Source: Alphaproteobacteria bacterium
GTDB taxonomy: Bacteria; Pseudomonadota; Alphaproteobacteria; UBA8366; G965603855
Direction: 5' to 3'
Length of the DNA stretch: 64,000 nt
Assembly: GCA_965603855.1 (NCBI GenBank)
Contig: OZ272519.1
Coordinates: forward strand, 4,379,781 to 4,443,780
The notes under the pieces are model-generated. The model was not told where the DNA came from and searched no databases. It saw only the letters and a list, made by a program, of their open reading frames with translations. Position 1 is the first letter of the stretch. Each line of letters starts with the position of its first letter. Both the position numbers and the translations under genes were made by a program. Of the stretch, positions 48,375-56,899 are shown in pieces.

Positions 48375-48839
48375 ATGCGTCGTTTGCTCGTCTTCTGTTT
48401 GCTTTTGCTGGCGCCGCTGTCGGCGCCGGCCGTGGAGCCGGACGAGATCCTGAAGGATCCGGCGCTGGAGGCCCGGGCGCGCGAGATCGGCAAGAACCTG
48501 CGCTGCCTGGTCTGCCAGAACCAGTCGATCGACGATTCCAACGCCGCCTTGGCGAAGGACCTTCGGGTCCTGGTGCGCGAACGGCTGGTGGCCGGCGACA
48601 GCAACGACGAGACGATCGAATTCGTCGTCGCGCGGTACGGCGACTACGTGCTCTTGAAGCCGCCGTTCAAGCCGACGACCTATTTCCTTTGGTTCGGTCC
48701 GCTGGTGCTGCTGGCGCTGGCGCTGTTGGGGGTCTGGGGCTTCTACCGCAGCCAGCGGCGCGCCAAGCCCCCCGCCGCCGCCATGAGCGAGGAAGAGCAC
48801 GCACTGGCCAAATCGCTGTTGAAAGACGACCCGCAATGA
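48375..48839 (+). CDS. ccmH: Cytochrome c biogenesis protein CcmH/CycL
   Basis: LRCLVCQNQSIDDSNA, RYGDYVLLKP. Confidence 0.95.
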   Translation: MRRLLVFCLLLLAPLSAPAVEPDEILKDPALEARAREIGKNLRCLVCQNQSIDDSNAALAKDLRVLVRERLVAGDSNDETIEFVVARYGDYVLLKPPFKPTTYFLWFGPLVLLALALLGVWGFYRSQRRAKPPAAAMSEEEHALAKSLLKDDPQ

Positions 48840-50251
48840 CCCTGTGGCTGATCCTGGGCGCGATGGCCGCGCTGACCGCGGGATTGGTCTTGTGGCCCAT
48901 GCTGGCCCGGCGTTCCGAGACGGATGCGACCGCGGACGCCGACCTTGCCATCTATCGCGACCAGCTCAAGGAGATCGACCGCGACGTCGAGCGCGGGCTG
49001 CTCAACGCCGACGAGGCGACGGCGGCGCGCGGCGAGATCGAACGGCGGGTCCTGGGCACCCGCGCGCTGAAGGGCGAGGCCACCGTCGACGCGCGGCGCA
49101 GCCCGATCGGCGCCGCGATCGTGGTGGTGTTGGTCTGCGGCACGGCGGGCGGGCTTTACGCCTGGCTGGGGGCGCCCGGCGTCCCCGACCAGCCGCTGGC
49201 GGCGCGCCTGACCCAACAACAGCAACAGCAGGCCCAGGGCGGCGACATCGACAGCCGGATCGAGATCCTTGCAGAGAAGGTCAAGGAGGACCCGGACAAC
49301 CTCGACCAGTGGTTCCTGCTGGGCCGGTCCTATGCCTTCGTCGAGCGTTACGCCGAGGCGGCAGAGGCCTACCGGCGCGCCGTCGAACTCAGCGACAACG
49401 ACCCGCGGATCCTGTCCACCTATGCCGAGGCGGTCGTCTTGGCCAATGGCAACAAGGTGACCCAAACCGCCCACCTGGCCTTCACGGAGGTCAACCGGGC
49501 GCTGCCGGACGAGCCCCGCGCGCGTTACTACCTGGCGCTCTACCAAGCCCAACAGCAGAACTACCGGGCGGCGATGGACGGCTGGCTGGCGCTTTTGGAA
49601 GATTCGCCGCCGGACGCGGGCTGGGTGCCTTTGCTGCGCGCACGCATCACCGACATGGCGACTTTCCTCGATATCGACGTAGCCACGGTGTTGCCCGACG
49701 CCCCGGCACAGGCCGCGGCGGCGGCGCCGGCAACAGGCGTCGACCCGATCACGGCGCTGGAGACGCGGCTCGCCGCCAACCCCAAGGATTACGAAGGCTG
49801 GCTGTCGCTTGCCCGCGCCAAGGCGGCGATGGGCGACCGGGACGGCGCCGTCGCGGCGCTGGACGAGGTGTCGCGGCTCTATCCCGGGGCGCCCTTCGTC
49901 CAACAGGAGATCGGCCGCGCCCGGGCGGAACTGGGCCTTGCCGACGGTGGCGGCGTGGCGTCCGGCCGGCGCGGGCCTTCGGCCGAGGACATGGCGGCGG
50001 CCCGCGAGATGACGCCGGAGGAACAGGCCGAGATGATCAGCGGCATGGTCGAAGGCCTTGCTGCGCGGTTGGAGGAGCAGCCCAACGACCTGGAAGGCTG
50101 GATCATGCTGATCCGTTCCTACGGCGTGCTGGAACGGCCCGACGAAGCAAAGGCGGCGGTCGACCGGGCGCTTGCCGCCTTCGACGGCCGGCCCGACGCG
50201 CAAACCGCGATCCGCCGCACCGCCGCACAGTTGGGCGTCTCCACCCAATAA
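48836..50251 (+). CDS. ccmI: Cytochrome c biogenesis TPR protein CcmI/CycH
   Basis: IYRDQLKEIDRD, ARGEIERRVL, TPR repeats; ATGA overlap with ccmH. Confidence 0.92.
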   Translation: MTLWLILGAMAALTAGLVLWPMLARRSETDATADADLAIYRDQLKEIDRDVERGLLNADEATAARGEIERRVLGTRALKGEATVDARRSPIGAAIVVVLVCGTAGGLYAWLGAPGVPDQPLAARLTQQQQQQAQGGDIDSRIEILAEKVKEDPDNLDQWFLLGRSYAFVERYAEAAEAYRRAVELSDNDPRILSTYAEAVVLANGNKVTQTAHLAFTEVNRALPDEPRARYYLALYQAQQQNYRAAMDGWLALLEDSPPDAGWVPLLRARITDMATFLDIDVATVLPDAPAQAAAAAPATGVDPITALETRLAANPKDYEGWLSLARAKAAMGDRDGAVAALDEVSRLYPGAPFVQQEIGRARAELGLADGGGVASGRRGPSAEDMAAAREMTPEEQAEMISGMVEGLAARLEEQPNDLEGWIMLIRSYGVLERPDEAKAAVDRALAAFDGRPDAQTAIRRTAAQLGVSTQ

Positions 50252-50307
50252 CGGTTAAAAATCAACTGGTTGGACAAGAGCCCTTGCGCATCCGCGCGGA
50301 TAGGAGC

Positions 50308-50338
50308 TTGACATTGCGTATAGTTAATTAGCTATTTA
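50308..50338 (+). promoter_or_regulatory. Putative sigma70 promoter with overlapping ArsR operator
   Basis: TTGACA at 50308; palindrome ATAGTTAATTAGCTAT at 50320-50335. Confidence 0.6.
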
Positions 50339-50343
50339 CCTAT

Positions 50344-50661
50344 ATGCATCTGTCCCGGAACGACATGCTCCTGGCCCTGCGGGCGCTTGCCAACGACCGG
50401 CGCCTGATCATCCTGGACTGGCTGAAGGACCCGCTGGTGCATTTCTCCGCCACGGCCGAGGGCGACCTCGTCGAAGACGGCGTCTGCGGCCTGGCGATCG
50501 CCGACAAGCTGGGGATAAGCCAGCCCACCGCCAGCGCGCACCTGAAGATCCTGTTGGAGGCGGGCCTCGTGCGCGCGACGCGGATCAAGCAGTGGACCCT
50601 CTACCGCCGCGACGAGGCGCGGCTTGCCGCGATCGCGGACGCGGTTCGCGAGAACCTGTAG
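50344..50661 (+). CDS. ArsR/SmtB family regulator
   Basis: LRALANDRRLIILDWL, GISQPTASAHLKIL. Confidence 0.92.
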   Translation: MHLSRNDMLLALRALANDRRLIILDWLKDPLVHFSATAEGDLVEDGVCGLAIADKLGISQPTASAHLKILLEAGLVRATRIKQWTLYRRDEARLAAIADAVRENL

Positions 50662-50772
50662 GGGCCCTCGCGCGCCTGCGGCATGCGGCCCGCTTGACGC
50701 AAACCCTGCAATCGCTGAGTGTGCAATGCAACAAAATCCGCCTCGATCGGTTGGCCTGAGGGGTCGTACGTC

Positions 50773-51831
50773 ATGCTGCATCGCATTGTCTTCGCGTTCG
50801 TCTGCGGGGTTCTTTGGCTTGCCCCAAGCCTGCAGGCGCGGGCCGCCGAGCCCCTACCCGCACTGGGCGCCGATCCTGCCGCCACGTCTGTTTCCGGTCT
50901 TTCGTCGGGCGCCTATATGGCGGTCCAGTTCCACGTCGCCCATTCCCAGAGCGTGATCGGCGTCGGCGTCGTCGCCGGCGGGCCTTACGGCTGCGCCGAA
51001 AGCTGGCTTGCGCGCACCATGCCCTGGCTGCCCGGCATCGCCTGGGCCAACGCCATGCAGGCCCAGTACGGCTGCATGCAGACCACGATGGGCGCGCCCA
51101 ATGCCGCGCGGCTGGCCGAACGGGCGGCGGCGCTGGCCGAGGCCGGCATGATCGACCCGTTGGAAGGCCTCGCCCAGGATCCGGTTTATTTGTTCTCGGG
51201 CGCCGGCGACGACATCGTGATCGAAGAGGTGGTCGCCGCCGCGCAGGACTTCTACAAGGCCGCCGGCACGCCCGCGGACAAGGTGGAGTTCCTGTACGGC
51301 TCGCCCGCCGCCCACGCCTTCGTCACCCAGGACGTGGGGTCGTCCTGCGGCACCGCCGGCAGTCCTTTCATGAACGACTGCGACTACGACCAGGCCGGCG
51401 CCATCCTCAAGCTGATCTACGAAGACATCGACCAGCGGGCGGACGCGCCCGCCGGACGGTTCGTGGAATTCGACCAGGCGGAGTTCCTGGAAGACCCCAC
51501 CAGCCTGGGCATGGCCGAGGACGGCATTGTCTATATCCCGCCTGTCTGCGAAACCGGTCCCGGTTGCCGCGTCCATATCGCGCTGCACGGTTGCCGCCAG
51601 CACCGCGGCCTCGTCGGCACCGCCTTCATCGAAGGGACGGGGTATGCCAACTGGGCCGACGAGGGCCGCCTGATCGTCGTGTTCCCGCAGACCATCGACA
51701 GCCCGGGAAACCCGCGCTCGTGCTGGGACTGGTGGGGCTACAGCGCGACCGATTTCCGCTCGCGGAACGCGCCGCAGATCCGGGCGCTGAAGGCCATGGT
51801 CGACCGCCTGACCGCGCCGCCCCCTCAATAG
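50773..51831 (+). CDS. Secreted PHB depolymerase-family esterase (catalytic domain only)
   Basis: Signal peptide, GLSSG lipase box, ALHGCRQ, CWDWWGY. Confidence 0.88.
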   Translation: MLHRIVFAFVCGVLWLAPSLQARAAEPLPALGADPAATSVSGLSSGAYMAVQFHVAHSQSVIGVGVVAGGPYGCAESWLARTMPWLPGIAWANAMQAQYGCMQTTMGAPNAARLAERAAALAEAGMIDPLEGLAQDPVYLFSGAGDDIVIEEVVAAAQDFYKAAGTPADKVEFLYGSPAAHAFVTQDVGSSCGTAGSPFMNDCDYDQAGAILKLIYEDIDQRADAPAGRFVEFDQAEFLEDPTSLGMAEDGIVYIPPVCETGPGCRVHIALHGCRQHRGLVGTAFIEGTGYANWADEGRLIVVFPQTIDSPGNPRSCWDWWGYSATDFRSRNAPQIRALKAMVDRLTAPPPQ

Positions 51832-51844
51832 GCGCGGCGCTGTC

Positions 51845-52945
51845 CTAGGCCGGCGTCGACCCCGCCTGCTGCCGCATCCTTTCGGCGAACGCGTTGCGGA
51901 TGCGCGCGCCTTCGGCATCGAAGAAGAAGCTGAGCAGCACGTAGCGGCTGCCCTTGGTCACGGGCGCGGCCTCGTGCATCAAGGAACAGGAAAACACCAC
52001 CGCCGCGCCCGACGGCGGCTTGTAGGCGCCGCCGCCGAACTCGGGAAAGGTGAGCTCACCGCCCTCGTATTCCTCGCTGTTCAGGTTCAGCGTCATGGCG
52101 AACTGGCGGTGCGCGGTCGCGTCCAGCGTGTTGTCCCGGTGCGGCCGGAAATAGCCGCCGGTCTCCGCGTCATAACGCACCAGCTTGAATTCCTCGGCAT
52201 GGGCGATCTTGCACTGGAAGGCGACCGCGATCTCGGGGATCACCCGGCGACCCAGGATCCGGAGCAGCCGCTGCTGCATTTCCGGCTCCTGCACCTGATG
52301 GTCCATGCGCCGTTTCATGCCGTAGTTGGGCGAATTGACCATCTCGCCGTCGACCGCCCGCCAGGTGCCGCCCTCTTCCTTGTCGTGCGTTTCGAAATAG
52401 TCGATCAGCTCGCGGCATTCCGCCGGCGACAGCGCATTGGGAACGACCAGGATCGGTGCATGCGGCGGCGCATCGAACTGCTGCGGCCGGCCGATTTCTT
52501 CCACTGCCGCCAGGGTGCGGTCCACCAGCGGCCCGTCCGACGGCTCCAGCCTGGAATGGACACGCTGCGTCGGATCCAGGACATAACAGACCAGTCGGTC
52601 CGCTGCGCCGTAGCTGGCGGCGATCGAGTGGTCGGGATCGGAGACCATGAAGTTGCCGGGTTCCTGCCGGGCGGCGAATTCCGCGGTCGCCTCCACGGTG
52701 TCACCGCTGACGGTGAAGACCTGGGCGCCGGCCTCGCGCAGCAGTTCGCGCGCCTCGGTAAAGCCGTCCAGCGTCGCCACCACTTCCGGGTCGCTGTGAT
52801 CGGGATAGAACAGCACCACCAGCGCACCGCCCAGCGCCCGGTCGTAAAGGCTGACCATGTTGCCGTCCTTCTTGACGAAGGTGATGTCCGGCGCCCGCTC
52901 GCCCGGTGCGAGCCCGGCCTGGCCGGTGTCCGCCGCGGCGCTCAT
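51845..52945 (-). CDS. Redoxin (AhpC/TSA-like)-2OG-Fe(II) oxygenase fusion, copy 2
   Basis: GERAPD Prx-like N-domain; HRDNT, LMHEA, GSRYVLL facial triad and Arg. Confidence 0.85.
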   Translation of the reverse strand: MSAAADTGQAGLAPGERAPDITFVKKDGNMVSLYDRALGGALVVLFYPDHSDPEVVATLDGFTEARELLREAGAQVFTVSGDTVEATAEFAARQEPGNFMVSDPDHSIAASYGAADRLVCYVLDPTQRVHSRLEPSDGPLVDRTLAAVEEIGRPQQFDAPPHAPILVVPNALSPAECRELIDYFETHDKEEGGTWRAVDGEMVNSPNYGMKRRMDHQVQEPEMQQRLLRILGRRVIPEIAVAFQCKIAHAEEFKLVRYDAETGGYFRPHRDNTLDATAHRQFAMTLNLNSEEYEGGELTFPEFGGGAYKPPSGAAVVFSCSLMHEAAPVTKGSRYVLLSFFFDAEGARIRNAFAERMRQQAGSTPA

Positions 52946-53997
52946 TCGGCTTCTCCCGCCTGTTGTTGGGCCATCTGGCGGCGCACCGCCTGACGCATCT
53001 GCTCGCCCTCCTCGTCATACAGAAACGTCAGCAGGACGTATCGGCTGCCGGTTTCCACGTCGGTCGCCTCGTGCATCAGCGAACAGGAGAAAACCACCGC
53101 CTCGCCGGCCGCCGGCTTGTAGGCCGCCCCGCCGTACTCGGGAAACCGCAGCCGGCCGCCTTCGTACTCGTCGCTGTTCAGGTTCAGCGTCATGGCAAAG
53201 CGGCGGTGCGCGTTCGACGGCATGGTGTTGTCGCGGTGCGGCCGGAAATAGCCGCCCGGGTCCGCGTCGTATCGAACGATCTTGAGCTCTTCGACGCGTG
53301 TCATCTTCGCCTGGAACGCCCGGAAGATCTCGGGGAAGATCCGGCTCCCGAACGCCTTCGTCAGCATCTCGACCAGCGCCGGATCGCGCACCAGGCAATC
53401 GTGCCGGCGTTTGGATTTGTGGTTGATCTTGCGTACCGGCTTGCCGCCTTCCAGCGTGTAGGTGCCGCTTTCGGCGCTGCCTTCGGTGTTGAAATAGTCG
53501 ATCAGCCGCGCGCATTGCTCGGGGCTGAGCGCCCTGGGGATGCTGAGGACCGGGGGGTGGCGCGGCACCGAGAAACGCGCCGGGACCGGCGTTTCGCGGA
53601 CCACGGCTGCGGCGCGGTCTGCAAGCGGCGCCTCGCCGGCCTCCAGACGGGCCAGGATCCGCTGGTTCGCGTCAAGCACCAGCGCCAGCGCCGCGCCGCC
53701 GGTGCCGAACTGCGCCGCGATCCGGCCGTCGGGGTCGGGCGCCGCAAGGACGCGGTCGTCAAGCCCGGCGCCGTCGGCGCCGATCACGAACAGGTGCGCG
53801 CCCGCTTCCAGCATTGCCGGTGCCGCCGCCGCAAGCGCCGTGATCTCGGCGGCGGAACCGTTGCCGGCGGCGGGAAGAAAGAACAGCGCCAGCGGGCCGC
53901 CGGTTGCCTCGGAATAGAGGCTCTTCACCGCGCCCGCGGCGTCGTTGAACTGGAAATTGGGCGCGCGGTCGCCCGCCTCCAGGAATGTCGTCTGCAT
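52942..53997 (-). CDS. Redoxin (AhpC/TSA-like)-2OG-Fe(II) oxygenase fusion, copy 1
   Basis: GDRAPNF Prx-like N-domain; HRDNT, LMHEA, GSRYVLL. Confidence 0.85.
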   Translation of the reverse strand: MQTTFLEAGDRAPNFQFNDAAGAVKSLYSEATGGPLALFFLPAAGNGSAAEITALAAAAPAMLEAGAHLFVIGADGAGLDDRVLAAPDPDGRIAAQFGTGGAALALVLDANQRILARLEAGEAPLADRAAAVVRETPVPARFSVPRHPPVLSIPRALSPEQCARLIDYFNTEGSAESGTYTLEGGKPVRKINHKSKRRHDCLVRDPALVEMLTKAFGSRIFPEIFRAFQAKMTRVEELKIVRYDADPGGYFRPHRDNTMPSNAHRRFAMTLNLNSDEYEGGRLRFPEYGGAAYKPAAGEAVVFSCSLMHEATDVETGSRYVLLTFLYDEEGEQMRQAVRRQMAQQQAGEAE

Positions 53998-54109
53998 GGG
54001 TCTGTCCTTCCCCCTTAGGGGGCATCCGCCTTCGCACCACGCCTAAGACTTGTACTGCGATGGGTCCTCATGTCAATTGGCGGTCCCCGAACGGTCCCGA
54101 GGTGCCCTC

Positions 54110-55207
54110 TTGCCCCGCCACCGCCCCGTCCTGCGGATCAGCCTGATCGCGATCCTGGCCTTCGCGGCCGTGGCCGGCGCGGTCATTGCCGCCATCAACT
54201 ACGTGGACCCGGTGCGGATCCAGTACAAGCGCCTGACCGCCGACAGTCCCTATGCTTATGACGAGATCGACCCCCGCTATCTGAAGACGGATCCGGCCGC
54301 GCTGATCACGCTGGGCGATCCGGGCGCGCTTGCCGCCGCGCGCAGCCGTCTGGCGGATGCGATCTGGGGTCCGCAGGGCGAGGGCCGGGACCGCCGCGCC
54401 GGACGGGCGGGGCCGGCAGACCTCCCGGCGTTCGAAGGCGTCGCGAACCTTGGCCGGATCGAAGAGCTGGTTGCGCCGGTCTATCGCTATACGGCGCATG
54501 CTTTCCACCTGGTGCCCCGCCGCGGCAACGGCGCCTTGGTCATCTATGCGCACGGTTATGCCGGGACGTTCCAGATGCATGCCGCCCATCTGGCGCGCCT
54601 GGTCGAGGCGGGCTACGGCGTGCTCGCGGTCAACTATCCGGGCTACGGCAAGGGCACCTTTCCCACCGACTACGCCCATCAGCGTTTCCTCGAAGCGGAG
54701 CCGTTGCCGTTGCGCATCGTGGTCGAACCGGTGGTGATGGCGCTCAATACCCTCGCCGACGACGGCCTCTACACGCGCATCCATATGATCGGGTTCTCGG
54801 CCGGCGGCTGGCTGACCGCGCTGATCGCCGCGGTCGATCCGCGCATCGCCGCCAGTGCCGCGGTCGCCGGCGTCTATCCGCTCTATCTGCACGAAGGACT
54901 GGAGCGCCAGCCGCCGGCAGAGCATTTCTATCCGCCGCTCACCGCCGCCGCTGGCTATCTCGATCTCTTTGTGATGGGCGCCGCGGGGCCGGGACGCGCC
55001 CAGCTCCAGGTGTTCAACCGCTACGACCGCTGTTGCTACCGAAACCGCAAGGGCACGCTCTATGCGGCGGCCGTCGACGATGCGGTCCGGGCGCTGGGAC
55101 TGGGCGGCCGGTTCGCGGTCTGGATCGACGAGTCACACCCGCACCACCACATTTCCGACGCGGCGATGGACGTCATCATGGAGCACCTGGCCAGGTCCGC
55201 CGAGTGA
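54110..55207 (+). CDS. Membrane-anchored alpha/beta hydrolase
   Basis: N-terminal TM, YAHGY oxyanion, GFSAGG nucleophile elbow; TTG start after GAGGT. Confidence 0.7.
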   Translation: MPRHRPVLRISLIAILAFAAVAGAVIAAINYVDPVRIQYKRLTADSPYAYDEIDPRYLKTDPAALITLGDPGALAAARSRLADAIWGPQGEGRDRRAGRAGPADLPAFEGVANLGRIEELVAPVYRYTAHAFHLVPRRGNGALVIYAHGYAGTFQMHAAHLARLVEAGYGVLAVNYPGYGKGTFPTDYAHQRFLEAEPLPLRIVVEPVVMALNTLADDGLYTRIHMIGFSAGGWLTALIAAVDPRIAASAAVAGVYPLYLHEGLERQPPAEHFYPPLTAAAGYLDLFVMGAAGPGRAQLQVFNRYDRCCYRNRKGTLYAAAVDDAVRALGLGGRFAVWIDESHPHHHISDAAMDVIMEHLARSAE

Positions 55208-55309
55208 TCCGATGCCTTCGCCACGCGCGAAGACCTGACTGCGCGAAGTCAGCAGGCCGTCTGAAAGGCCTGATAAGGGGCGTCTTTGGCCGCCGGTCGT
55301 TTTCGCCGT

Positions 55310-55900
55310 CTACCGCACCAGGAAATCGGCCAGGTGGGTGTTGATGTTCTTGGTCATGACGGTATCCAGGTCGGCCATCATCTTTTCCGTCATCTCGTAC
55401 CAGACGCGCTCGCGCTCGGCCAAGGTGATGTCCTCCAGCACCGTCTGCGACCGCCGGACCTCGCCCCGGGCCGACGCCGAAATGCGGCGGCTGACGTTCT
55501 CCGCTTCCAGGGTCATGACGATCAGCCCGTCGTAGCGTTCCGACTGTTCCGTCGTGACCAGCCCCTGAATGCCCGACTTCATCTCCAGCTTGGTCTCCGC
55601 GACGCTGGCTTCGATGATGCTGACGGTCAGCCGCCCGTCGGTGCCGACCGCTTCCAGACGGTCCTTCGCCCAGCGCGCGGCGGTCTGGCCCGGATCGATG
55701 GGGAACTCGTGCTCGACGAAGCCTTGCTTGCGCGGCGATCCGTAGAGGTTGTCGACGACGATTTCCGCCACATCCAGGCGGATGCGGTCGCGGTTGAGGA
55801 AGGTGATCTCCGCGAACTCGTCTGCCGGCGGCGGCGTCTCGCAGCCAACCAGGACGACAGCCGCCGCCGCAAGGGTCCAAAGGGCTGATCGCATCGGCAT
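55310..55900 (-). CDS. Hypothetical lipoprotein
   Basis: Lipobox LVGC; conserved-looking alphaproteobacterial hypothetical. Confidence 0.7.
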   Translation of the reverse strand: MPMRSALWTLAAAAVVLVGCETPPPADEFAEITFLNRDRIRLDVAEIVVDNLYGSPRKQGFVEHEFPIDPGQTAARWAKDRLEAVGTDGRLTVSIIEASVAETKLEMKSGIQGLVTTEQSERYDGLIVMTLEAENVSRRISASARGEVRRSQTVLEDITLAERERVWYEMTEKMMADLDTVMTKNINTHLADFLVR

Positions 55901-55954
55901 CGCTCTCCCGTGTCAGATCGTCATTGGGCCCGGGTCCGGCGCCGTGCCGGCGCC

Positions 55955-56866
55955 CTAGACCAGGTCTTCGTCCGAAAAACCGTAGGTCGCATTGCAGAAC
56001 TGGCAGGTCATCGTGATCAGTCCGTCTTCCTTCAGGGTCTCCCGCTCGGCCGCCGGGATGCCCTGCAGCACCGAGACCATCTTCTCGCGCGAACAGCGGC
56101 AGCCGAATTCCAGAGGTTTCGGTGTGAAGACCCGAACGCCGTCCTCGTGAAACAGGCGGAACAGAAGGTCGTTCGCCGGCAGCGCCTCGGCGGTCAGCTC
56201 CTGCGGCGAGGTGCTGCCCATCAGCGTGATCGCCCGGCGCCAGTCGTCCTCCTTGTCGTCGTCCATCACAACGTCCTCGTCCGGCAGCCGCTGCAGCATC
56301 AACGCACCGGCGCGCCAGGTGCCGGTCTCGTCATGGCAGGCCGAAATCTTGACCGCGGCGGAAAACTGGTCGGACTGTTGGAAGTGGTGGTGGATGCAGT
56401 CGCTCAGGTGCTGGCCCTGCAGCTCGACGATGCCCTGATAGCGGTCCTCCTTGCCGGTCTGGTCGACGGTCAGGGCCAGGTAGCCGGCGCCCAGCAGGCG
56501 TGGGATCGGCGCCTGGTCGGTCTCTTCCTTCGGCGGGATCTCGCCCTTCACTTCGGCATAGCCGCGCAGCTTGCCGGCGCTGGTCACGTCCGCAACGATC
56601 ATCGGGACCGGCCCGTCGCCCTTGGCCTGCAGCGTGAAGACGCCGTCATACTTCAAGGCCGTCGCCAGGGCCGCGCCAAGCGCCAGGAACTCGCCCAGCA
56701 GTTGGCCGACCGGTTCGGGATAGGCATGGCGCGACAGGATGGTATCGGCGGCCGCGCCCAGACGGGTCAGGCGCCCATGGATGCCCGGCCTGTCGATCAG
56801 GAACGGCAGCACCATGTCGTCGATGTCGCGCACCGGATCGCTCGGTGTGCGGCGGCCTTCCATCAT
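55955..56866 (-). CDS. hslO: Hsp33 redox-regulated chaperone
   Basis: YQGIVEL, GALMLQRLP, C-x-C ... C-x2-C zinc switch (CRCS, CQFC). Confidence 0.95.
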   Translation of the reverse strand: MMEGRRTPSDPVRDIDDMVLPFLIDRPGIHGRLTRLGAAADTILSRHAYPEPVGQLLGEFLALGAALATALKYDGVFTLQAKGDGPVPMIVADVTSAGKLRGYAEVKGEIPPKEETDQAPIPRLLGAGYLALTVDQTGKEDRYQGIVELQGQHLSDCIHHHFQQSDQFSAAVKISACHDETGTWRAGALMLQRLPDEDVVMDDDKEDDWRRAITLMGSTSPQELTAEALPANDLLFRLFHEDGVRVFTPKPLEFGCRCSREKMVSVLQGIPAAERETLKEDGLITMTCQFCNATYGFSDEDLV

Positions 56867-56899
56867 GCGGGGTGCCCTGCCGCCGGCCACACGAGCGGC

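Noticed and set aside
48182-48835. N-terminal extension making a 689-aa CcmI
   Set aside because: It overlaps ccmG and ccmH in another frame. The real start is the ATGA-coupled ATG at 48836.
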